64,000 nucleotides of DNA from Chrysomallon squamiferum. Its lineage: Eukaryota > Animalia > Mollusca. Below, piece by piece: positions 12,517 to 24,755 of the stretch. Made by a program: the position numbers and the translations under genes. Positions within the stretch are counted from its first letter, which is position 1, and each line of letters starts with the position of its first letter. The notes under the pieces are model-generated. The model had not been told where the DNA came from. It saw only the letters and a list, made by a program, of their open reading frames with translations, and made no database searches. The stretch covers positions 11,780,001-11,844,000 of the forward strand of contig CM022679.1 in assembly GCA_012295275.1 (NCBI GenBank), in the 5' to 3' direction.

Positions 12517-14131
12517 TAACATTGTCTTATGACTGTGTTTTTTAGATAATTCCTTAGCATGTTTTATTTTATTTTATTGTATTTTATTTATGCTTAGATC
12601 TTGTTTGATGGTGTAGTAAGCACCAAGTATTGTATGTTTAATTTTTCAATTTTTAATAGACATTTATATTAGACATTATTAGTAATATATTCTTCTTAAT
12701 TTATTTGTATTTTGCTTAGTATAATGTTGATTGATATAAACTGAATGTGGTTTATTTATCACTGTTAGTAGTGTACTGAAGAATTCCAATGCATCTTTTG
12801 AATGGATGTGCTTTTTAATGTTTTCTCAGTATTTGTTATAAAGCCTCAACTCATTAAAAGATATTTATTTACAAGTGAGATTGATGTATTTGGTGTATAC
12901 TCTTTTTTTTTTGAAGATATTTTTTAATAACAGAATTTCTGTAAATTTTAATAAAATCAGATATTTAAAAATTCGGCTGAAATGCTATAGTTAATAGTTT
13001 GTTGTAATGGAGAGCATTTGTGAGTGTTTTAATAGGTTATTTCTCTTTTTATATGAATTTTGTGAATCAAAAAGAAAAAGTGTGTTTTATGTGTGTTCAA
13101 GTTAACTTATATTACATGTTATTATCTATTTTATATTTGTAGCTAGTGTTTTCCAAACAACACTTTGATAATAAGGCTTTATGTATTATTTCAGTGATCA
13201 GAATATCAGAGATTTAAGAAGCATAACTTTACATGACAATACTGGCTAAAACATTCCACAGTTTTATCATTATAGTTAGCATTTTCAGATTAGATGGTAA
13301 TAAATTAGATGGTCTAACTAGAGATGAAAATGAAATGGGAGGAAAACTGAAAAAAATTGATATTTATAGTAATTTAAAATATTTGCTTAAATGTTATCAT
13401 TTGATTAATGCCTGGTGAATTTGTGTGTTTTAGATGTATACATTTTTTATCATTGAAAGCTTATTTAGGATAATAATGTGCTGATAAATTTAAAGCTTTA
13501 TAATTACTTGATTTTGTTGAAATTAATATTTTTTAAATTTAATTTTTTGCATTATTCCTTTTCATTTTTCTTTAGAATGGTTCTACATTTTGTTCAAATG
13601 TTATATTTTGGAGTATTATAATTTACATAATGTCTTAAGCGACATACTATTAAAATGTTAATATACAAGTATATGTATGAGTAATTTATTTTTTACAGCA
13701 TAAGTCTATTAAGTGATAGCTTCTATAAATTTACAGTGGCAGTTTCCTGGTTTAAATGAGACCCCTGACTTTTAAAAGACCTTGATGTATTAACAATAAT
13801 ATTTCTGTTACTGTTTATTGTCTTTTATATTAATACTATCATTTACGTGAAAATTTTAGACATATTATAAACATTCCTTTTTTTCTCAGATAATTTGTAA
13901 GTTTCCAGCTATTTCAGATTTTAAATCAAAGTTAACAATTTAACTGTAGAAAAAACAGAACAGCTTTTTGATAATTTTGACAGAAAATGGCTATACAAAT
14001 GCAGATTTAGAAGAAATATAATGTTATATGTATGGACTTTATTTGTAACGTTTTCACTTGCTGGACCATAGAAGATCTGCTGTGTTTAAATCATTTTATA
14101 AAAATGTATTTTATTATTATTTTAAATCTTG

Positions 14132-14137
14132 AATAAA
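14132..14137 (+). terminator. Probable polyadenylation signal of SLC25A17
   Basis: AATAAA followed by a strongly GT/T-rich tract (14149-14200), ~1.6 kb after the stop codon. Confidence 0.5.
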
Positions 14138-14536
14138 GACATTTATGATGTTTGATTTTTGTTTTGTTTGTTCCATTTTCCTGTTTGACATATTTTTCAT
14201 TTCTGCGTAAATCGGACTGTTCTCAATCTTTTCTTTCTTGTCCACACATTATTACTACTCAGTATTTTTATTTTCTTTGCTTTATAGTTTCCATTAAAAT
14301 GTGCTATTAAAACAATAGTTACCCTAATTTATTTTCAGTGTTAAAATAGATAAACTTGGCCTTGAAAATGTCCAGTATTTTGAATGTTATTTTGAGAGAA
14401 GGCCACAATAATGAACTTTGACAGCTGTTGAAAAGTTCTCAAGAGATAAGAAATTTGCGACTAATCAGGTGTTTTTTTTACTTATTTATTGGCACTTGAA
14501 ACACCATAATTTTATTTACATTGCTCTGTGGCAGTC

Positions 14537-15337
14537 ATGTTGAAGGTGTTGTGTTTAGCTGTCACTGTCCATGTTTCCCTGGCCAGTATTTGCTGTATTC
14601 CAAGACAATGGGAGGGTATTGAAGCTCAAATGATTGGAATAGTGAAAACAACTGAAGAAATTCCATCTGTATCTCAGGTAACAGTGAAGTGTTCTTGATA
14701 TAGAGTTGGTATCATTAATTTGAACAAATTACTTAATAAACTGTTGTATCATTAATTAAATTTTGAACAAAATTACTTAATAGACTGTTGTATCATTAAT
14801 TAAATTTTGAACAAAATTACTTAATAGACTGTTGTATCATTAATTTGAACAAATTACTCTAATTTTGTTAAAGTACATGAAATTTGTGAAAAACAAATAA
14901 CAGAAGTGGTTGAGTAAGAAGCAGATGTTGAAAGATGTTATATTTATGTTCTCAGTTTAGTAGTATTATATTTTCATGTTACAAGAGATCCCTTATTGCT
15001 AATCAGTAATTTGCATGACTGATAAGTTTTCTTCCTGAAACTCATCATAGTTTATTTTATTTAATAGTAAAATTTGTTTTAACATTTCTTAATAAACATT
15101 TATAATACTTTTATAATGAAAGTACTGTAATTTTAGTTACAAGTTCTTCAATTCAGTTCAATTCAATTCTATTGGAAAACCCTTTTTAAAAATGGACAAC
15201 AATAATTTAGAAATAAATGAAATACTTAAAAACTATAAAAATAGCCCTAATAAATACGATTTTGGAAAGAAGACAAACCATAAAATATCTGCATGTAGTC
15301 CCGTATTTATTTATTTATTTATTTATTTATTTATTAT

Positions 15338-15380
<43 letters not shown>

Positions 15381-17504
15381 TTTACAATTTTGGTAAAGAA
15401 TCATTTGTCGGGAAAGAACAGAATAATATTTTTTATACACGTAGAACACACAGCTAAAATAGAATTGCTGTTCAGCCTATGCCTGTTCCTATTCAATTGC
15501 TTTTATATATGTGTGTGTGTGTGTAACCCAGTCTAAACATGGGAGAGTGTATTTGAGTGCCTTTACAATTCTTCATATTAGGATAAATGGACATGTTATT
15601 GATATTTCAGACTGAGATAAAAGTTTATTTTGATGCAGTCAACAAAAGAAATGCTTTTGATGGAACTGTTACTGCAAATGGTTTCACAACAAAAGTCAAG
15701 GTCATTCAGCTATGGTCAGTGGTAAGTTCAAGCCCAATAATTTAAACAGAGAAATATTTATAAAATAATTATTTTTGATTACTTCAAGGTCTAAAGTTCA
15801 GTCATGGCATGATTAAAATAAAACTAAGAATTATTTCCTTTCATTCATTTCAAAATGGATACTTTCTTTTCCATATTAAAGACCGATAAATATATCTGTT
15901 TCTGCAGCACTATTGATTGTAAAGGAGTGTATATGCTTAATTTCCAATGATTTTGTCTTCAATTCATGATAAATATATTGCTTACAGAAAATGGAATATA
16001 TTATCCAGGAAAGTGGAAAATGTGTAAAGAAAATACTTACTGGCAGTTATCCAGATGGCTGTATTCCAGGTGAAATCTTTGTTTTCTGTGTTGTTTTTAG
16101 TTGTGTTTTTTGAATCCCAAATTATTATTGATTTATTAATTTGATTGATTTTATTACTATAAAAAGCTGATTTCATTCGTGTTTGTTTTGGCTGAGAGTT
16201 CTACTGAATTACTTTTTCTGTTTATGTATCATTTTACATTGAAAGTTATATTCAACAACAACAATAATAATAGTACATTTTATTTATATATATATATATT
16301 TATTTATTGTATGATCTGAAGCAGTCTTTATTATATTTTATTGATCTTCTGATACTGCTTCTTTAGTATGATCATAAAATGTATTTTATATTATGGTTTG
16401 TATCATATATTTTGGGATGACAGAGATTATTTCAGAAAAAACTAAGTGTGCACTATATAATCACTTCTGCAGATACTGCTAAAGATATTGGAAAACATTT
16501 TGAAGGTTCTGGTAGTAGAAAACTTGATTTTCATACATATGAGTTGACTGAGAAAGGATTCTATATCAAGGTTGATTTGACACCAGAGTGCGAACCTATT
16601 ACACAAGAAATGTATGGGAAATTACCAACTGGAGGTAAGTTAATTGTGATATTTTAAATATATTAACGAGATTGAGAAATAGTATCTGGGAAGATTCAGT
16701 TATATCGATTTAAATGAGTTTTTTTTTGTTTTTTTGTTTGTTAAAACAAGTAAAAAAAAAATAAATAAATAAAAAATAAAAAATGAAAAAGAAAAGAATA
16801 ACTCGTTTAAAAAAGTCCCATCTTATACTACTGTATTATTAAGTTTGAATATTATTTGCCATAATAAAAGACATTGAAAAATATTTAGTTATAACAGATT
16901 TTTAAAACGTGTTACAGGTTACATGATGCTGACAAATCGTTACTACGATATCGTACATGGAATCAATGATACATCTGTCTTCAATGTACCTTCATCTTGT
17001 GACCATGCTCCCATTGTGGTAAAAATAACCGTTTCTTTTTTTCTTTCCGTCATCATATTCTCTCTTTCTCAAAGAGAAATACACACACGCAGTCACACAC
17101 AAACCCATACACGCATGCAGAAGCAGAGAGACACCCAAACACAGCGAGATACCCAAACATACATATTAATATTAACCCATTTTGTTTTGGTTTTTTCCTA
17201 CTGGGTTCAAGCATTATAAACATGATGAAATACACAAATGCAAAAGTAAATATAAACATTCAACTTGAAATCATCTTTTGACAATTAAAATGTATCCCTA
17301 TTATATATAATACAATTTAATAGTTAATGAATGTATTAATTCAGTTAATTTATTCCTATATGTTTTTTGGTCGCCTTTTTTGTACAGTTTATTATTTAAT
17401 TTCTTTATTATGTATATACCTTTAATAGTTCATCCATTTTTCTTTCATTTTTTTTTCTTCCCCAGGGACATGGAGGAACCAATCACAAAGTTTTGGGCCG
17501 TTAA
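14537..17504 (+). CDS. Ependymin-related protein (EPDR family), secreted, ~211 aa, 6 exons
   Basis: Phase-consistent GT-AG exons: 14537-14677 (signal peptide MLKVLCLAVTVHVSLA, then SICCIPRQWEG), 15611-15721 (TEIKVYFDAVNKR...), 15988-16069 (KMEYIIQESGKCVKKILTGSYPDGCIP), 16473-16634 (DTAKDIG...DLTPECEPITQEMYG), 16918-17018 (YYDIVHGINDTSVFNVPSSC), 17466-17504 (GHGGTNHKVLGR*). CCxPxQWEG, YFD, C..CIP, CxP and FxxPxxC are ependymin-family hallmarks. Confidence 0.9.
14709..14858. repeat. Minisatellite, ~3.6 copies of a 37/44-bp unit, in EPDR intron 1
   Basis: Unit GTATCATTAAT(TAAATT)TTGAACAAA(A)TTACTTAATARACTGTT starting at 14709, 14746, 14790 and 14834. Confidence 0.9.
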
Positions 17505-18724
17505 ATCGAACAGCACTAAATATAATTTTTTTTTTTTTCTTTTTCTTTTTAAAAATTTTAAAGTGCCTTAAGGGAAGAAAAACTTATTTACGCCATTATT
17601 TGCATTTATGTTTTTTGTATATGGATGATAAATATACTGATTCTTTAAGAGCTTTCACAGAATTAAATTTAGCTAAGTTGCTAATATTAAAATTTCATAG
17701 AAAAAAATAAAGAAAGAAAAAAAGAAGTTAAATACATGTATATTGAACAGTCTTCTGCAGTCTTTGGATTTATCTTTTTAATTCATTTGATTGAATTATA
17801 TCCGGCCTCAACCGTGAATATTATGTTACAAGTGGTAGAAAGCTTTTGGCAGAATGAGAGAAAAAAAAAAAAAACCTGAGTTAACGAGAAAAAAAAAAAA
17901 AAAAAAAAGCAAAAAATAGCCTAGATACAGAAACATTATTATTATTCGGATGAGACAGAATGGACGTGTCATTATAAAGTATTATTATAAATTTGTCTCA
18001 TTATTTCTAATTACGCATCTTTTAAATTCACTAGTGTTTTAACTAGATATTATTTTAAACATAAAACTGCTTCAGATGGGCTGACTGCAAGTTGTGGAAA
18101 ACACTTTGCCAACGTCCAGAGTGTTACGTTAGAGTTAACAATGCAGTCATTGTGGTGAATGCAGCTGAATAAATTGTAATTATAACAGCAAAGTTTGCCA
18201 GGAAACGTTGTCAGAACGTGCTTTTCTGGACTCGCAATATCAACAAATCTGAGTTATGATCCAATTATTTGACAGTCATTGTTAACATCTAAATTAATAT
18301 TATCTTCGTGGGTTTTTTTTTTCGTTTTTCTTCATTCTGTACTCTCTCTATCGTTCTCATACATGCAATACATACACACGCGACACACCCACACCCACAC
18401 ACACGCACACGCAAAACACACACATACAAAGACAAAGAGACTCATTATTTATTTTCTTTTATTAAAATACTGTTGAAAGCAAATAGTTTGGATGGCTTGG
18501 CGATGTTTTTAAGGTTGGTGAATTTCAAGCATTCACCGAATTCTCACTCGTTACTCGTTCAGAACACTGGATTCACATTTGTTTGCATACAAACCTGACA
18601 TTTCCATGCCGTGCATGTTGATACATTATTCTAATTCCATTCCCAGACCTCTAACCAAGATGTGAAAAAAATAAAATAAAAAAGGATTTTCAAAGTAATA
18701 AATAACATACTCTCATGTAAATAC

Positions 18725-18743
18725 GCACACAGACACACCCACC

Positions 18744-18788
<45 letters not shown>

Positions 18789-19023
18789 CACACACACTAC
18801 GTCATACACATGAGAAAAGAATGACTGGTATTTGAGGAGGAAAGAGAAAAACAAAACATAAAAAAAAACCAACAACACTAATACTAATAATAATAAAACA
18901 AACACATAACCACAAATATAAATAATGACTCAATTTGTCAGTTATTTATTACTATCATTTACTAACACACACACACACACACTAACACACACACGAACAC
19001 ACACACACACACACACACACACA
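18725..19023. repeat. (CA)n microsatellite cluster
   Basis: CA tracts at ~18745-18797 and ~18965-19023. Confidence 0.9.
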
Positions 19024-19704
19024 GTCTGTGTTTTATCAATGCATTAATCGTTGATTTACATTATACATTAATATAATGTGTACTTCAGACTTGTTAAAAA
19101 ATAAATGCACGTGAATGTTGTTCTTGTCAAAGACAAAACCTTAAATCAGTTGAAATGTTTAATTCGCAAATAATAACGGGATATTAATATCGAGCTTTTT
19201 AAATTCATATTTATGATAATGTAAACCCGAGTGAATGTGTAATAATGTGAATGATGTTAATGACTCGAGAATAACGACGTAACTGAGATTTTATTACATT
19301 ATGAAACCTTAACTGTAAATTTTAATTCACATTTGTATAACTCCTATTTCTTAAATATTTTGTTTCTTTCACCCGCCCTAAGGCCATGCTGAGCAAGCTT
19401 CGAATTTATGCGGTAGAAAGTAGGTTAAAACATTTTTAAAAACATTTATTAATACACTTTTTTTTTTTTTAACACCGAGTTGTAAATTATAATATGTTTA
19501 GTCAAGCTTCAGTACATGGTCGAGTTACTAAGTGATGGGACCTCTTGATAAAAAAAAATTCACTGAAAAGATAGCATTAGTTGTAGGTGATAAACCACTT
19601 CAGTCAAATACCTTATAAATATATGTATTTGAATTATATTTTCAAGAAGCAGTCGATACGCACGTACTAATTTTTGTACAGGCCTTTTTATACATTTTCT
19701 TTTA

Positions 19705-19806
19705 TAACTCGACACCACACAAAATATATGCATTATATTAAAATATATTAAATCGATATTAACTCGATACCACACAAAATATATATGGATTATATTAAAA
19801 TATGTA
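19705..19806. repeat. Tandem duplication of a ~55-bp unit
   Basis: TAACTCGAYACCACACAAAATATAT...ATTATATTAAAATAT at 19705 and 19760. Confidence 0.8.
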
Positions 19807-20101
19807 TATAGATATTTGAAACTTCATATAACACAAAAAAAAAAAATATATCTGCAAAGAACATATAAAGACGCTTACACATTTCATACACGCAGAAGCT
19901 TAGAAAACTGTATATAATATAAAAAATATAAATTTCAAAACAAACAACAACAACAGCAAAGAAAAACCATTAAATCCTGTTCACTCCCATCGATAGGTTA
20001 AACGTATACACCCACTGCAGTGTTGTTAATAAATATACTGCACTTGAGAAAATTCCAATGAATATCCTCATTTCATCTCAAACTTTTGACATGACAACAC
20101 G

Positions 20102-20146
<45 letters not shown>

Positions 20147-22954
20147 GTATGTATGTATATAAGGAAAGATAATGAATACATTATCACATGAAAGTATACC
20201 AAAGATATTTAGGCTTGTATTAGGTAAAATGTTAAATGTTCAAGATGAACTGAAAATCGGTAGGGTTACATATTAGAGAAAATCAGAAAAAAAAAAATGA
20301 ACAGTAATGTTATAATTGTTGTCATGCACCTCTTTGTTGCTTTCTATACCATTATTATTACGTCTGAGTACTTGCAAGCTGGGAACTCGTTCAACGAAGA
20401 GTAATTGTCTGGCATTTGAATAGACACACCCCAACAACAACTCGTCGCCTTTGTAAAGATAAATACATATGCGACAGAAATATCATAATGCTGAGGGTTC
20501 TTTATCCGCTTGTTTTTCATTTAATTATGTATGTTTATAAGCGTCTCTCTGTTGCTGTATTTATTACAGGCGTGAGATAATTTGTCAATGGATAGGTGTG
20601 TCTAAGTAAATATTAAAACAGATGATATTGCCTGTTCGTGTCATGAAATCAGTGTATAGGAATTTTAGTAAATTTTATTTTAAATTCCTCTCCCAGCAGG
20701 ACGGGGGTAGAATCCGATGTCAATGGATAAGTATGTGCTATTCTTTTTTCTTCTTTTTTTCCCACTAATCTATTAACCACTTAATACTATGAAATTTACT
20801 GTATTTGCCTTATACAACTAGTAATTCTAGTTTAACAGATGTTACTTTCTAAACAACCAAGCGGAGAAAAACAAACTGGGTTATCAAGGGATATCGTAAC
20901 CACCTGTCCCACCACACTATGTATAACGGTGTAAATAACTGAACGTTTTCATTTATAACGGAGAAAAAAAAAAAAGTTAAACAAATTCTTTTCATCGAAT
21001 GACTGAATGAATGAATTGTCTGAACGACTCCAGTAACAACAGAAAGGCCAGTTTGTTAAAAGACGGCCCTACAAAATAGCACGTAGAGGCCAGAGGACAC
21101 GCAGCAAAGGTGTTTGCATTTTCCTATCACAACATGACGAATAAACTATAAAGTTGCGCTGCCTATCAGGTGTAATCAAACATCAACAAACAAGAACCAC
21201 AAAGTCATTTACTGTGAGGCGTTGCCACGCCCAAACACAAACGAAGGTGTCTACGAGAGAGTGTCATTCCTGATAAGGAACCGTCCAAAAAAAAAAAAAA
21301 AAAAGAAGAAAAAAAAAAAAAGGTGTGGTCTGACGCGTATAGCCTGAGAAACGTTAGACTAGATCAATCCTTAGAGCTTCAGTTTTCGTGTTAACGCCAT
21401 CTAAAGTTTAGAGAAAAAGAAGAAGAAGAATACAAAAAAGCCTTTAAACAAGATTAAAAAATGAACCTACAAGGGTAAACATACTATTACTTTTTCACGC
21501 TGTCAGTACATTTTTTTCTTTTTTTCTAATAATAATAATAAAATAAAGCCAACGTTCTAAGATATTAAGAGTATTAGGTGAGATTTCTTTTTATTCTTCT
21601 TTTTTCAATTATTATTGTTATTATTATTATTATTATTATTTTCAATCTTTATTTCAAATTAAATGTAATAAAATATGGTACTATCTTATTATTAACTTTA
21701 ATTTAGGCATATTGTAACAAAATTGTTACTGTAACTGATGTGTGTGTGTGTGTGTGTGAGTGTGTGTGGGGTGTATGTTTGGGTGTGTTTAGGAACATTA
21801 ACGATTTTGCAAAACACGCACACACAGTCACATTCACACAAAAATTAATGACAGAAGCACGACAAAAGTTTTTTTTGATTTTTTTTATCCTCCCCGAATC
21901 GGTATTTTTATTTAATAACGAATATTGTAGTTATGCATACTAACGATTCTTTGTCATGACATTAAACAATAGTGCTTCAAAATATGACTGAAGGAACAAA
22001 TGGCAAATTTCAGTTAAGAATGTTAAAGTGTACAAATGGCCAACATGCTTTTTGTATCCTTCTAGTATTTTTTTGCTTGTTATAACGGCGAAAAATCCTT
22101 GAAAATAATAAAGTACGTATATATTACCAGTGAGATAACAATCTCGTTAGAGATCAAAATTTTAATTTTTATATTTCTTATTTTATTTACAAGTATATGA
22201 ATTGTAATTAGGCTAAGAATTATTATGTCACCAATATAACTGAAAATATAATTGTTCTCAAATTACTAGATAATACTTATCCACTTTGGACTGGATGGAA
22301 TTTCATTATATAATAGAGCTAATAGTAGAATTCGAGGTTATCATAGTGATAGTTGTGTAGTAGATACAGTTCTTATTGCTAATGTTATTATTATTAAATA
22401 TTAACTGTGGTATTTTATTTTGGTCGAATTGTCATTAGTAGTATCATTAAGCAAAACACTTGCATGTTTAATTTGCCTGAGGTTTTTTTTCTCAGAGGCT
22501 AAAAATTATTTATTTAATAATATCATTTACATAATTTTCTTACAATCACTAAATTACATCTATTACTTCAGTTATAAAACCAAAATGTGAAACTTTACTT
22601 TAAGACGAAATAACAGGCCATTTCGGCTATAGGGGATCTCTCCCATTGTTTGTTACACAATGAAACGCAAGCTATGCGACGCAGAAAAATCACGCTATTA
22701 TTTTCTTTTTCTTTTGTCGAATAATCCGACGAATATCAATCGATTTTAACGATTCAACTTTCATTAATTTTTAATACAGTTTATGACTCAAGTCTGATCT
22801 GCGTTACTCACAAATGTTTTTCCACACACAAAGGTGTAATTCAGGCTACAATAGCGACAATCGCAGCTACTGAAGCGTGACACCGCCTCTGTTTGGACTG
22901 CTGTTGCCTGTTTTCTCGGAGCAGACGACAGTTGCGACCGACGCGCGATCGACG

Positions 22955-23377
22955 ATGGACAGGCGACACTGGGTTACGATAACATGGCTTTTGTTACTTC
23001 TGGCCACTTTATTACACACTGCTGGATACAGTGCCCCGATGTGGTTGTGGTTGCAGTCTAGTGACGGAGCAGAATTCTATGGTATTGGATTTTGGTACCA
23101 TGTCGGCTGCAAGAACGCAGAGTGCTTGCCAACAAATGCATCTTTAGGGGAGACGAGATCAGGTAAGAGAAAAATAGTTCTTGTACGTATCATTCTTTGT
23201 ATTTTAAATAAATATAACATACAACACCCTCACCCCCAGCTACTTAGTTTATCTGAAATGAGATTTGTGCACAACAGAAGAAAAAATTAAGAAATGAAAC
23301 GAAATAATACTTTTCAAAAAATAACAAATGAAAAATAATCCACGTATGTAATGTCATTGCAGTTTTAAAATAACATA

Positions 23378-23463
<86 letters not shown>

Positions 23464-23641
23464 CTTTTTAGAAATCCATCTAACAGTCAGGGAAATAATA
23501 AATAACAAAAAATGAATGAAAAAGAATCACAGAATTACTTAAAATAATAAGTGATAATTGTTGAAAAAAAAAAATACAAACGTAATTTTGTTTATATATA
23601 ATATAAAAAATTAATATGAAAATCTCAATAAAAAAAAAATA

Positions 23642-23672
<31 letters not shown>

Positions 23673-24680
23673 TAGACACAAATAATACAGCTAACGATAT
23701 TTTAAAACAAAATACATATACAATATATCTATATTGTCTTCTCGAAATGTATATCCTTGTTTACAATAAGCATAATGGAAACCCAAAATATTTATATATA
23801 TATATATATATACATTATGTGCTCATAAAATGTTAAGTTATTCCTGTTATGACAACTTATATATATATATATATATACAAATAAATTGTGGTTATGTAAG
23901 AACTGTTTAGGTTTGATGTATAATTTTTGCAGCCGAAAAGAACGGTGAGTTGATAAATAAAACAGTTAATTTATTTTTGTATTATTTAGGATTGCAGGAT
24001 AAAAGAAATAACTGGTTATTGTCTTAAGATATCAGCCTTATCCTGCTCAGTTCGAATGGCGGATGCTGCTCGGCACAGCTTCTAACCTTCGCAGGAAACA
24101 GCTGATATATATATATATATATATACACAGACACACACATATACTTCTCTGTACATAAATACTGAATTTTCACATACATTCGAGGTTGTCTAAAACAGAA
24201 TGCTATACATATATTATGCAAGATTTAATTTTTTTTTTTTTTTTTTTTTTTTTATCGTCAGTGTAAAGACTGTTTTCCGTAAAACTACACGTGCATTAAT
24301 CTTTCGTGGCGGGTTTATTAATGTTTTCTAACTTACTTCGGGCCGAGTTTTAAAAGATTTATTACACTGCCCTGTATTTGTAGGAATTTATTCTTAATGC
24401 TTTTGATTCCATTAGTACTTAAATTATTTCTTAGTTGTTGAGAAAACGTGGTTAAAGTGGAGCCTGCTGTTATTCGCAAGATAAAAATGCATTTAAAACT
24501 AAATTTTCGCGCTGAACTGGATGGCTGATGTAGGGCACCTGTCCCCCATAACTGATGTAAGTTTCCTCGTTCAGACTAAAACGAAAGAAATGTTCAGTCC
24601 CAGCTAACTTGCTTTTTAATTGCAAAACGACACAGTGATTTATTTCCAGTCCATCTTATATAGTCTGATTTAACAGTGAA

Positions 24681-24755
<75 letters not shown>

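Noticed and set aside
14709-14858. CRISPR-like appearance of 37/44-bp repeats
   Set aside because: Units are directly tandem with no unique spacers, in a eukaryotic intron; a minisatellite.
14983-15045. Faint resemblance to a mollusc SINE core (GATCCCTTATTGCTAATC)
   Set aside because: Match is too short and relies on memory; needs a repeat-library search.
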